DNA of 63,968 nucleotides, filler included, from Rhabdomonas costata (taxonomy: Eukaryota), in the NCBI GenBank assembly GCA_019059605.1. It is 47 parts of 47 records of this genome, joined end to end, with 100 filler letters (N's around TTAATTAATTAA, not from the genome) between each part and the next. Parts side by side here need not be neighbours in the genome. Positions count along the whole stretch, not along the records: positions 24,551 to 25,813 come from JAHMHO010021439.1; positions 25,914 to 27,172 come from JAHMHO010021440.1; positions 27,273 to 28,535 come from JAHMHO010021441.1; positions 28,636 to 29,897 come from JAHMHO010021442.1; positions 29,998 to 31,260 come from JAHMHO010021443.1; positions 31,361 to 32,623 come from JAHMHO010021444.1; positions 32,724 to 33,986 come from JAHMHO010021445.1; positions 34,087 to 35,350 come from JAHMHO010021446.1; 39 more parts are not named here. One strand, 5' to 3'. The position numbers and the translations under genes were made by a program. The notes beneath the pieces are model-generated. The model did not search any database, was not told where the DNA came from, and saw only the letters and a list, made by a program, of their open reading frames with translations. Below, one piece after another: positions 24,451 to 36,813 of this stretch. The number at the start of each line of letters is the position of its first letter. The stretch's first letter is position 1.

Positions 24451-26340
24451 NNNNNNNNNNNNNNNNNNNNNNNNNNNNNNNNNNNNNNNNNNNNTTAATT
24501 AATTAANNNNNNNNNNNNNNNNNNNNNNNNNNNNNNNNNNNNNNNNNNNNCCCCTAACCTAAGAGTTGTGTGTGTGCGGTTGTATTTGTGTGGTTGTGTG
24601 CATGGACCTACATCTTCGGATGCCGGTGCCGAGGGGAGAGCAGCGTGAGGCAGCGAGGCGTTGCGCAAACAGACAAGTGGGTGAGGTCCGATGTGCCCAA
24701 GCTATGGAGCCCAGGGAGGGAAGAGAAACGCCTGGCTGTTTGCCTTGTCTGCCTGTGCAGCGGCGTAGATCTCTGGACCTCTGAGTACTCCCAATCCAAC
24801 ATCCAGCAGCATCCCCAGAAGTCTGCTTTTTACTTGCTCTTGGTTGTGGTTAAGTATGGTTTGGTGAACGTCGTCTGGAAAAGGATGCATGCCATTCTAA
24901 ATCCAATTGACGCCTCCTGCCCCTGCTTCCCTCTCAGGTCCTCTCTACACCCGGACAGCCACTGCCGCACTCACAGTCCCTCCACCGCGGACCTGGCGGC
25001 AGGGGCTGGGGGCCTATCCCGAGGCTTTCCCCCGCGCCCCCCGGGGGGCTACTCTGCCACCGCCACCGCGGGCTCCCCGAACTCCAGCCCTGCGTCGTCC
25101 TTCTCGTGGTCCTCCTCACCAACGCAGCTCGTCGTGGGACTGCCCCTGGAGGCCGGGCTGCGTGCGGTGCGGGCTGGTTTTGGGCCTGGAGGATGCCGTT
25201 CAAGTCGGCGAGGTTTGCGGATATATGGGTCACGAAATTCGACTTTGCTTTCCCGGAACCGCTTGTTTGTTTGTTTCACCCAATCCTCCCCAAATCCCAG
25301 TGCGTCGCAAGAAGGGGGGAAGGGTTACAATACATCAAGCACCCGTGGTGAACGATAGCTAGTATGCATTTCGACACTCATGAATGTGCAATAATGACGC
25401 TCTCATTTGGTGTGCCTTGTCCAAAAAGTGAGACACTTTAGGACTTAGTGGAGGTTTTTTTTTGGGGGGGGGGGAGAAAAAAACTACAGTGTGTTGCAAA
25501 ATGGCGGTCACCTCTCTTTGTTCTGAAAAGCCTTCCTCCAAAAACACTGTCAATCGAGCTTGTTGGTATCCCAAAGCATCTGAACTTCGCCGTATTTTGA
25601 GTCTCTTTTCAAGCCAAGTTTTGACTTTTTTGTGTGAATCTTTCAGGAGTTTTCAGCAGTTTTTCAGAAGAGAAGCTGGTGTTTGGTGTGCACTAGATTG
25701 GTCACAAGCCAACTTTTTGAAATAAAGTGTCCACCTCGATATAACCTCTCCACCTTGTTTCCTGTACATATTGATCACACGGACACACTTTCACCCGTGC
25801 ACCCCCCACCCCCNNNNNNNNNNNNNNNNNNNNNNNNNNNNNNNNNNNNNNNNNNNNTTAATTAATTAANNNNNNNNNNNNNNNNNNNNNNNNNNNNNNN
25901 NNNNNNNNNNNNNGGGGTGTGTGGGCTGCTGGCGTGTTAACGTGGCAGATTGGGGGGATTTTAGGGATAGGGAGGTGGTGGTGCACTTTCCACAACCACT
26001 ACCCAACATCTGCGATGGTTTGTGACACTCCCACCAAATTGTTGTATGCAGTCCAACCCTGTGTGTGCACGTGGATGATAAACTTCAATTCAAAAAGAAC
26101 GGCAAGTGATTCTGGGTTTTATTGGACTTCCCCCCCCCTGGGCCCTCATGCACCATACGATTCCATTTGTCGCACTCGCACTAAACGAGGAGTCTCCAAC
26201 AGGGAACGAAAAGGCGGTCAAACGGTGCCTTGATTGTTCCAATAATGTTCCTCAAACAGCCAAAAGAAATTAGGGGGTGGGGCAAATGCTTTAACATCTC
26301 TGCCTCTACAACAATGCCTTCCTATCTGTTGAAAAGCCAG

Positions 26341-26780
26341 TGCTGAGATTGGTCCAGGGAATCTGCGTGTATTGTCCCACAACTGACCTTGAGAGGTTGA
26401 GAGGGTCAGAGGAGCAGAATTTTTTTTACCACTTTGGAGCTGAGCTTCGTCCTGTCAACGGGGTGGGCTTCTTTGCCCGCCTTCCACCGAACTCGGACCC
26501 CCTCCCCTCTGTCTTCACTACCGTGGGCCGCGCGGTGAGCACGGAGAAGGGCTTCTGGCGGCCTGACTCGGAGCTGCTGGAGCTGGCCCGCAAGGTGGTT
26601 GTGCCGTGGTCCCCGCTGCGGGTGGAGCTGTACCGGGCGGACTTCAACCGGGCCATGATGGCCGTGGAGGTGGCACTTTGCCGGAAAGGGGTACCGATGG
26701 AAGTGGTGAGGATCCTCGTCAGCTTTGTGCCCAGTGTGATGGCGGACAGGCAGTGGACGGAGCGGTGCAGTCTGCAATGA
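26341..26780 (+). CDS. Terminal exon of unknown protein with a helical WSP...P.E..RILVSF module and a C-terminal CaaX box
   Basis: 146-codon frame with GC3 bias, ending CSLQ-stop. Confidence 0.6.
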
Positions 26781-27285
26781 AGCGACCGCCTGCGTGGCCG
26801 CCCCCTGGGTATATGTGGATGTACCTGACTTAGTGTCAAAACAACGTTTTTGATTGCTCACCACTGCAACAGTAGCCTGACGTTGTCTGGCGGACTGCTG
26901 GGATTGTTGCGATCCCCAGCAGCAGCTTTGGCCGCCCCCTTCCTCCTTTGCGAGTAAGTGTGTCCACGTAAATGCAGACATGGCTGCACAAGGAATAGAG
27001 TTGTGCTGACTTGTGCTTAGCACCCAAGCCACTTAGTCTGAAACGGGTTTCGCCCTTTTTCGGGGTTTGGCCTTTTTGTTTCAGAGCTTCTGTTGTCAGG
27101 AGGGCAGCCCGAAACGAAATCATAACGAAATGTGAAAAATTACATAACCCCACAAACCAAACACACCCACACNNNNNNNNNNNNNNNNNNNNNNNNNNNN
27201 NNNNNNNNNNNNNNNNTTAATTAATTAANNNNNNNNNNNNNNNNNNNNNNNNNNNNNNNNNNNNNNNNNNNNGGTGGGGGGTTCC

Positions 27286-27385
27286 GAAAAACGCGTTTTT
27301 CGGAACCCCCGACCTCAGAAACGTCATGTTGGGTCGATTTCCGGAATGTCGATTTTTCACCTCGGACATCCCATTTTCGACCCTT
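27286..27385 (+). repeat. Dispersed repeat family B, diverged copy
   Basis: aaaaacgcgtttttc..ccgacctca..gttgg.tcgattt..cggaca..ccatttt.gaccc is colinear with 51467..51555. Confidence 0.65.
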
Positions 27386-30379
27386 ACAAGGTAACGCCGA
27401 GGCAGGCCTCGAAAGGTCCTATATTCGGACAAAAATCGGCGCTTTCAGCGTCAAGATGGTCGAATCAAAGCACCAAACCGTGTTTTTCGTGTTCTGGGAC
27501 CCCAAAAATGGGGGGATAGATCACCTTTACCGATCTGGACTCGAAGTCTACTTCGTTCTATAGTCCAAAAACACGATTTTTTTTTAGCGTTTTTTGAGAA
27601 AAAATTCGGCAATGTCCGCGGGCCCAAAAATTGAAAATTTTCATGAGGGGGGTATTAGGTTCGAAAAATTAAAATCGTCGAATTTTTGCCCCGGAATTTT
27701 TCCATCGGATAGCCCACCCCCACAAACCTGGGCTTGAAGGCCCTACGGAGGCTTGAAACGCCGACTACTTCGCGCAAAAAAAAGCGCAAAAAAAAGTCTA
27801 CACACAGACACACACGGACATTTTCCCGTTTTTCTCGTATCTAAACCCTACACTACACTACGTTTCGTTACGGGAAAAAAGCGCCGAAAGTCGGTGCACA
27901 CGGATTGTCTTGTGTGTGGCCAGTGTATTATTGAAAATAGCGACACTATTACACTATTGTCCCACTTTTTTCAACATTGCTCACAAGCGTGACGTTTGCT
28001 CACAAGCGTGACGTATGGCCTACAATGCACAATGGCGAAAGTCTGAAGGGTCGAGGCGTCGAATTTATTGAAGTTGGATGGTCCCCCTTGACGAACTTGT
28101 TGCGACCCTTCTGCATTTCGAATTTACGGCTGAACAGCCATGGACACATTCTGGGTCTTCCAGAGCTGATGCTAAAGCTATCGGCTGCAGAGACAGTAAG
28201 GAGCCTTAAGACATAGCTCACCACTTAAATCACGCGGGCTTCCCAGCACCAGCTTCTTTGCATGTGTTGAGGAGCTCCACATTTAATACCAACACAGAGT
28301 AGCATCGTGACGACGAAAAAAAAACTGAACCTGACTACCATCTGGCAGAAGCTCGTGCAACCTCACAGCCTCCCAACCTCCCGACCTGGCACTCAGAAGA
28401 ACAACGCAGGTAAACCTCAATAATGATAAAAGATGAATCCACGTGAGTATTTCTGCATTGGTACATCCATGAAAACACTAGTCTTTCACATCCGTTCACA
28501 TAAGACAATTTTTCTTTCCACCCCCTAAGAGAAGTNNNNNNNNNNNNNNNNNNNNNNNNNNNNNNNNNNNNNNNNNNNNTTAATTAATTAANNNNNNNNN
28601 NNNNNNNNNNNNNNNNNNNNNNNNNNNNNNNNNNNGGGTGGGGGTACCCAGAACGAGGAGGCTGAGGTGGTTCTTCATCGCCAGGTCCCGAGAGGAGGAA
28701 GACGAGGAAGCTGAGGAGGAGGAGGAGCTGGCCTGGGGCAAGTGCTCCCGCAGAAGCCTCTGCCAGAGGCCCCCTCCTGCAGTGCCTGCGGAGGACGCAC
28801 CAGCGGGTGGAGCAGAGAGGACCCCGCTGTCCCCCGCAGGCGCGTCTCGGGTACGGGAAATCTCCACGGACCCCTCCATACTTCCAGGGATCAGAGGGAG
28901 CGGCTGCTTTGTTGAGCTGCCTGTCGGTATGTACTTAAAAGCCGAGCGAGCGAAGTGGACAGGGGGAGGGGAGGGGAGGAACCGTCAAGGGATTGAGTAA
29001 ATGTCCTGGCCGGTCAACAGCCACAAGTCAGAAAACTGGCAGGGGGGTGCCTCTATCACTCCTTCAAAAAGAGACCAACAATATACAAACCAACTGTTGT
29101 ACCACACACCACGACCAAGAAGATAGAGATACAAAGAAAAAGGACAGGGGCAAAAAAGGCTCCCAATTGAATCATGGGCCCGGGGAGTGGTGAACAAGAG
29201 TGTAAAACGGTACAGCAACGGTATACGTACGGCATAACAACTCAGTTTTTCTTGGGGGCACTTTTGCTGACGTCAAGTAACTACTCCTCGAGCGATTCCC
29301 ATGAAATGCCGTTTCCTTAACGACAGGGACGAGAGTGCGCTTGTATGCGAAGGGGGTGCGAGAAGGGACGGCTTGAAATAGGGACCCTGGATAAGGTTCT
29401 AAAGAGCATCCTTTCAGTTTCACTTGGATTTCGGCCTTCCCAACACAAAAGGCGACTTCACGTACAGTGTAACAAAAGCAGCCCCGAAGGTTTCTGCCCT
29501 TTCACTTCACGCGCACGGAAACTCACCCCAAACTTTTACAGAGGACGCAGGTTCACTATGGTTCACTGGAGTTTGGCACAAACACACACACAGTTCATAC
29601 ACAGTGCTACATGGACAAAGGCCCCACAGGTTCGCCAACTGCTCCCCCCTAAAGCGAAGTTCTCGATGGCGTGGGGGCAAGGTCGGACAATCTCCGGACG
29701 TCCTGAGAAAGAAAAAATCAAATCGCCACAAAGAATCAGCCCACGACCCCCAACCCACCCGCAGACACATGACAAAACTCGAAATAAGGAATTCCCGTTC
29801 CTTAAATTGTGCATTCAAATTGGTCTCAGCACAAAAAGAAAGCACACACATGTGAAGCGCAGATCCAAAGGGACAAGCTCAGCACCAACACAACCCCNNN
29901 NNNNNNNNNNNNNNNNNNNNNNNNNNNNNNNNNNNNNNNNNTTAATTAATTAANNNNNNNNNNNNNNNNNNNNNNNNNNNNNNNNNNNNNNNNNNNNTCT
30001 CTCACGAGAGGTTGCCTTGCCAAACAAGCATAGCCGTATGCTCAGGGAGAAGCTGGTGGCAGGAGGCTTCCAAAGGCTTCCATCGCTGCACAGAGAAGTG
30101 GTCCGTGACCAAGAACTTGCCCAGGGCATTTACCATATCTGCCACCGCATTAATTGGCTGCAAAGGAAGGGTTCCGGGGTTTGTGCTGATCTGCTGCGCA
30201 AAAACTCCTCTGGATATTTGCGGACTCCAAAAAACTGCCACGGTATCAGCGCGTCGTGACTAGAGCTCAGAAGGGCGGCTGGGGGCGCTCTGCTTTGTGA
30301 GCGTATTCTTTGTTCATTTCTTCATTCTTCGTTCTGCACCGCCGTCCTCAAAACACTCGGCCATCCAGTTCACCAACCA

Positions 30380-31200
30380 CTCATGTACAGGTAGGTCAGC
30401 GCTCTCTCTCTGGGACGGCGCTTCCAGTACTCCTGATAACTGTTCCTGCGAAGTGCAGAGGCCTGGAAGTCTCGAAGCAGCAGCCCTTGCGCGTAGTATA
30501 TCACTGCATCACGGAAGGCGCTTCATGGTGATCGTGGACGCTCGCACACTGAGGCCTTTAAACATCATGGCCTTGTTGTAATTTGCGTGCATGGAGGTCC
30601 ACGGCAAAAAACGTTGTAGGCGCCATCTGCATCCTTCTCCTTTAGGAAGCAGCGAGAGGCGGATGGCGTCGTCCGTCATCTCCACTCTCATGCCCAGAAA
30701 GCAAGGCGTGCCGGGCTTCTCGGTGGTGTCCCTGTGCTCCATAGCGTTGTCAAAACATGACCAGTCCACCTCGCCAAACCCGAGCATATCATAGATATGG
30801 CGAATACCACGTTCTTGTATCTGTGGCAGGCTGAGACCCTGACAGAATGTGTTTAGAATGTGTTTAGAGTCGCTCGATTATCGATGGACTTGGCTTCAAC
30901 ACTATATCGATAAAGGTTTTCTAGCTCAGATAAACATTTTCCGCCCATCGGAAGGCCCCTCGTTTGCAACCTGACCGGCCCATCTGCAACTTGTTGGATC
31001 ATTGTGCCGTTGACTACCTCCCGAAGAAGCCGATCGAACATGTTCCAGGAAAGCTCACCTCCGGGGACTGCCTGGGCTTCCATCTGCCCGCATTGGTTTT
31101 TGGAGATGCTAAAGCCAAGGTCCTCCCTGGGTTAATTCCTCCTGCAGCACGTTGGAGTACATCCGCTTGCAAACCATGGCGAGGTCGTGCTGGGACTTAT
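30380..31200 (-). mobile_element. Decayed Penelope-like retroelement reverse transcriptase
   Basis: Motifs in order: A (KRMYSNVLQEEL, about 31170..31135), B' (QTRGLPMGG..SELENLY, from 30966), C degenerate (RHIYDML for RYIDD, from 30802), FLGM, and thumb (FLPWTSMH..K.MMFKGLSVRA, then AFRDAVIYYAQGLLLRDF). Frameshifts and stops are present. Confidence 0.8.
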
Positions 31201-31541
31201 CCACGTGGGTGATTGTCATATGTTGTTTCACCTTCCAGCTCCTGCAAGGCCCCCAAAAACNNNNNNNNNNNNNNNNNNNNNNNNNNNNNNNNNNNNNNNN
31301 NNNNTTAATTAATTAANNNNNNNNNNNNNNNNNNNNNNNNNNNNNNNNNNNNNNNNNNNNGTGGTTACATACATTAGATGCCGCCCCCCCCCCCTACAAG
31401 GCAATCACCACGCCCGGCAAGTGAGAGAACCAGTGGCCGTAGACACATCACAACATCAGCGTTGTGGGCGATTACAGCGCACTTTTGTTGAAGCGGGTGG
31501 GATGGGAAAATGCCTATTGCTTCTTATTGTTCGTGGAAAAG

Positions 31542-31955
31542 GTGAGGGACATAGCTGTCATGGACATGGACATGGGCACGGCCACGGCCACGGCCACGCT
31601 CACGGGCACTGCCATGACGGGATTTGTGGCCCATCCGAATGCGGGCAGCACCAGCACGGTGATGGCGAGGGTCCCCCTTGTGGTGGGCACTGGGATAATG
31701 GGGTGCCCCTTTCGCACGGCTCGACCTGCTGTGAGGGTACCGGTCGCTCCCTCTGCGGGGGACACAGCCATGGTGAGGTTGGGAGCCCTGCATGTCATGG
31801 CCATGGCAATAACTCTCAGCAGCTGGAGCGGGGCAGCCCTCGCCAGCGGCATGTTGGCGGGTGCGCAGGAGGACCCGGCGAGGGACACGGCCGCGGAAAG
31901 GGAGGGCCCCACGATCATGGCCATGAGCACCACACCGCTGGGCGCTCTCCCGAAG
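31542..31955 (+). CDS. His/Gly/Cys-rich symmetric exon (414 nt, phase 1-1)
   Basis: HSCHGHGHGHGHGHGHAHGHCHD...HDHGHEHH between aag| and |gtgcgc. Confidence 0.55.
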
Positions 31956-32968
31956 GTGCGCTTATGTACATCCTTCACGGCGGATTGCGACATTAATGAG
32001 AGGTCCATAATATCAAGGTTGGGTTTGTAGCACTGAGGAGTGGTTCCGATACAGAATTATCGATCTCTGTCAGCCGATATATGTTGATGTGATGAAGGTA
32101 AAAACGCCTCCTTCAGATTCTCAAAGAACTGTCACTTTTAAGGTGGCGCGGGCAATAGAATATAATTTACCATCCCTTCGGAGCTCTCTGGGGAAGCTTT
32201 TCTACCGGGGAATTAGCTTGCTGATCACTCTCTGAGGCCCAATTTAGAAAAGAAAACGACCTTCCGTTGAAATTGGTACGCTCCTCCTCCAGGTTACAGT
32301 ATCCCTTTCCCCATCTTCCGCGGGACATGATGTCGATCTTGTGTAAATAGTCAACGACCCTTTTGAACTCTTCGCCCTCATCCAATGTGGTGTCCATTCT
32401 GCAGTGTCCATTCTACCTGCCACTCCCAGTGACTTCATTTCCACCCCCACACCCCCCCTGCCACTTTGTAATGTTTCTCTCGGCCTTCGCATCTACGTGT
32501 ATAATTTATTGACGGTATCGTCGGTATGTGGGCCTGTTTCTGTCCTCTTGTTCCTGTTGTTCCTCTCATTCTTTTTTTTTTTTGCAGAACGCCCCTCGGG
32601 ACACTCGAACGCCAACATGAGAGNNNNNNNNNNNNNNNNNNNNNNNNNNNNNNNNNNNNNNNNNNNNTTAATTAATTAANNNNNNNNNNNNNNNNNNNNN
32701 NNNNNNNNNNNNNNNNNNNNNNNGTTTTTTTGTTTGAAGTGGCTTCGTAGCACATACGAATCCTATTCATAGTCTTCCTCTCTTCCTTTCCATTCCGCAG
32801 GTTTTTTGGTTCTGTTATTGTTGTTTTGGTTCCTACTGGTGAGAAGAATGCAGACTGAGGAATCTTCCACCATAATTGAGGTTTCCTCATTTTTTGTGCT
32901 TTCTTGACCTGACCTCTGGGTTTTCTTTTCAGTTTTCTTTTGTTTGTTGGGTGTTATTGCAGCCGCAG

Positions 32969-33379
32969 ACAATGCTGCTGGAAAGTGTAAAGCCCCTGCT
33001 ATCCAGATACAGTGCGGAGATATCTCAACGACTGACTTCCTTGGACGAGGTGCCCGTCCTGCCGAATTGCAATTGCTTTGCTTGCTTTTGTCCGTTCAAG
33101 TTCTGCAATGTCGCGTTTCACGTGTAGGACTTTCGGGTATTCTGCCAAGAGCATCAGGCTGCTTTTGAAGTACGTCTGTGTTTCTTTTTTTCTTGCAGAT
33201 TTTTGCTTTAGTGTTTAACGCTGGGCTTGTGCGAGCTTAGTTTGAGTTCTCTCGGTTCATTTTACCTCTGTCTTCCTTTGTCTGGGGTCGTGTGTACATG
33301 CTTGTTTTTGCAGGATTATCAAGCTCTTCGTGGGGAGAAGTATGACCGGCAATTGAATAGAATCAAGAAGGTTTTGAAG
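32969..33379 (+). CDS. Three short exons of unknown helical protein (about 32969..33049, 33128..33169, 33314..33379)
   Basis: Phase-0 GT-AG joins give LLESVKPLLSRYSAEISQRLTSLDE-DFRVFCQEHQAAFE-DYQALRGEKYDRQLNRIKKVLK. Confidence 0.5.
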
Positions 33380-34113
33380 GTACGCAAGTGTGAACATTTT
33401 AACTTTGGGCGGACGGTGATACGATGGCAGCCGGAAAATGGCCAGTCGCACTGGTGAATTCGTTTCGGGAACAAGTGTGCGTCAAGTGTTGCTAATAAAG
33501 ACCCGTACTTTGGTAATCTGCCTTTTCAGAACCGGGCAGTCCCTTTCGCGCCGTATTCTGCTCCCCCTGCGATCTCCACTGTCATTCTGGCGTCCTGCGG
33601 AAAGGGAACACATCTGTGGACCCGAAAAAGCACCTCGCTTTTTGGGCGACAGTTTCAGGTCACCTTTTCAACGTTTTGGAGTTCCTCGTGGTTTGTTTCT
33701 GCGTTCTGTTTCTTTGGTCGGCAACCTTTAGTTCCTCACACTCTAATCGATGTGGCACCGCAATGTAATCACATTTTTCTCAAACATACAAAAATACATT
33801 AAATATATTTTCTACAAAAAACTTTTCGAAAAATTTTGCGAACCCATCATTGGGGTGGCTTGTCCCTCCGGGTCGCTTTTTTCATCTTTTGTTGTCGCCA
33901 GTGCTGACCTAAAGGGCGAGGGTACCATCAGGGCAAACGAATCCAACAATCGAAACCCAAAAAACCTTTTTGCTACCCCACCCCACNNNNNNNNNNNNNN
34001 NNNNNNNNNNNNNNNNNNNNNNNNNNNNNNTTAATTAATTAANNNNNNNNNNNNNNNNNNNNNNNNNNNNNNNNNNNNNNNNNNNNTTTGGTGTGTTCTC
34101 GGCATTCTCTCAC

Positions 34114-34798
34114 CACGAAGAGCATGTAGCTGACCATCGCCATGTAGCTGAAGTACAGTACGATCGATGCCACCTGTGGGGAGAGAATGCCGAGAACACA
34201 GCAAAGGCAAACCAGCCACAAGAAGCACGGAAGGACTATGCTCCACCTGTTGTAATCACACATCTCCCCAAGGGCAACTTCGGAACCGGGGTCAAGATCT
34301 GGCAGCCACCTGGCATAGACCCGAAGAGCTACCGGCGGTCACACGTGCGGTCAACCAAAGCTGGGATCCCCAGTTTAAGATACCTCCGACAGTGGACCCG
34401 TGTATGAAAGTATATCCCAGTCTCGTTTTAACCATTAAAGGGTGTGCCATGTGCAGAAAAGAGAGGTTCCGAGGAATACCCTCATATAAAACGATGACAG
34501 CAGAAGACACCTTTGAAAAAATTGGGTTGATTTAAACCAAAAGATGTGCTCCAGTTTGGACCAACTTGGTGTCTGCTTATTGCTTGATTCTTGGGCATGT
34601 GCACAATTGCCCTCGCAAGCGGAAGTCACGTCCGCAATCTGATGGGCAATGCCCATCACTCTGTTGTTCAACGATAAGATTAAATGACACGACGAAGCTG
34701 GCCAGATGCATACGCTGTGCATGGCCATGGAGGTGGCGAAGTAGTATATCGCGTACAAGAAGAAGTACAGCCCAGAGCTGCCGGAGTACAGGAACGAC
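34114..34798 (-). CDS. Transmembrane 9 superfamily (EMP70/nonaspanin) C-terminal region, exons 34798..34714 and 34173..34114
   Basis: RSFLYSGSSGLYFFLYAIYYF...SIVLYFSYMAMVSYMLFV is the TM9SF signature. In-frame GT-AG intron. Confidence 0.9.
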
Positions 34799-35158
34799 CT
34801 GAAAGGGAAGCACGACACAGAGATAGGTAGAAAGAAAGAGAGCAAAATTAGGAGGCCTCAAAGGTGGCAAAAGTACAATTGGCCGTCCCTCGGCATTTAG
34901 CTCCTCTGTCGCCCGCCACTCACCGAGACAGACGCGCTGAGCGCAAATAAATGCGTCAACATGGGCGTCGATTGTTCAAAACCTGCACTGCACTGCACTG
35001 CACTGCACAGAGCAAAAGCGGTCGTTCCAAGCACCCGTCAAGTGCACCTACGTTTGTGTTTCTTTTCTGCATTGGGGCACAGTTGGGCTCTTGTGAAGTT
35101 CTGGGGGAGGTACCCACCGGGTATAGTGATATATATAGGTATATTTTTTGCTGTTACA

Positions 35159-35350
35159 CATAAGTCCAGTGTCCGGCGCACACAACAGCCGCACAGATGC
35201 AAAGAGAGGAGAACATGAGTGCAGGAAAACAGTACAGTTTGAAGGGAGGAACAATAACAAAAGCTTTCAAGCAGTCAATGAAGGAAGACACTGGTGAAAC
35301 AAGACAACAGCAGCAACTACAAAGGAGTCCACTCCCATAAACGCCCACAC
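35159..35350 (-). repeat. Dispersed repeat family A, copy 2
   Basis: Reverse complement matches 23523..23722. Confidence 0.9.
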
Positions 35351-35474
35351 NNNNNNNNNNNNNNNNNNNNNNNNNNNNNNNNNNNNNNNNNNNNTTAATT
35401 AATTAANNNNNNNNNNNNNNNNNNNNNNNNNNNNNNNNNNNNNNNNNNNNGGTTCTCGTTCGGGTGTTTTGTGT

Positions 35475-35606
35475 TTGCAAGCGGAGATAGAGACCTCCAT
35501 GGGAGGGTTCCCCCCTTGCTTGTTTGTGCTTATGTTCACCATGGTTCGTCCAAGCTCGCAGTGATTAAGGGCCGGGGGTGCGACGACCCAAGCGAACTTG
35601 AAAAAA
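35475..35606 (+). repeat. Dispersed repeat family C, copy 1
   Basis: Colinear with 48823..48949, with an identical 25-mer aagggccgggggtgcgacgacccaa. Both copies end in a short A-run. Confidence 0.75.
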
Positions 35607-36813
35607 TGCTTTGTTGTTTGTCTTTCTTTTTTTTTTTGGTTCATTCAAAGGGTCACATAGCCGCCATAGGAGTAAGAAGTTTTGCAGAACAGAGCTGGGC
35701 CGGTGGGGTGGACAGGGGAGAACCTCCGCGGAAGGTGAGACTGCCCTCCGGGGCCCGCCGCATCTTCGTGAGGGCCATCTTTGGGGGCTTCCTTGTGGTG
35801 CTTCCGCCACCCACAGGAGGGCTCGTGACTTCCAGGCTGGGCACCAAGGAATCTGGGACAGTGGAGGTGTCCTGGTCGGACGAATGCCCCACGGATACGG
35901 CAGGCCCATGGAGAGCCCATGCAAAGAGACGGGGGCCTGGTGCCACCAGGGCGTGGGAGAGGTGCGTGGGCAGCACAAACTGAAAATTAAGCGAGCATCA
36001 CGAGAAAGCGCAGGGGAATCAAAAAAAATCGGGACGGCGGCCCGCACCCCCCCCCCTTCACACGCGCCCTCAAACGGCCATAGGTTGTGCGACAACAAAT
36101 GCAATCGTCGAGAAGCATCCCAGAGGTCTATCAGGCAGAAGCCCACTCTGAAATGGATAAGAACCCCAGACAAACCATCAGGTGAGTGGGGGAAGACGTC
36201 GGCTGTGACGATGCGTTTTTTTCATAATAGTCTTAGCTGTCTTTGCTGATGTCCGGGGTCATCATCAACAGCTGACCCTCCCACTATCCGGCCGGGCTCG
36301 AAACCCATGTACACCACGGAGTGAAGGATAGTTTGATTACTGAATGGGCTCAAATCATATTACACAGTTCTGTGAAAGCTGTGAAGAGGAGGGTTAAACA
36401 GCAGCATTAACATCGATGGACGTCCGAAGTCAGCGGACCCACCACCGCAAGCCACGCACCTCGAAAGCTGTCCAATGCCGAGTCTCACATTTCGGAGACG
36501 ATAAAACGTCTATGGAACCACACTCTACTTGTTTCGTCATGCAACAACCACACCAGCAGGCAGGGCAGCTCTGCTCAAGAAGAGGAGCATTACCATTCAG
36601 CAACATAGCACAAAAAGAACCTCCATTACGTTGCGGAACAAGTGCCTCCAAATGCCATCGCGCTGCTCATCGGTCAGGGGAAGGCCCCCGGTCTCCATCA
36701 ACCCCCCCCACACNNNNNNNNNNNNNNNNNNNNNNNNNNNNNNNNNNNNNNNNNNNNTTAATTAATTAANNNNNNNNNNNNNNNNNNNNNNNNNNNNNNN
36801 NNNNNNNNNNNNN

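Noticed and set aside
32255-32400. Minus-strand exon-like segment facing the His-rich exon
   Set aside because: Two plausible frames, no recognisable motif, and a chimera cannot be excluded.
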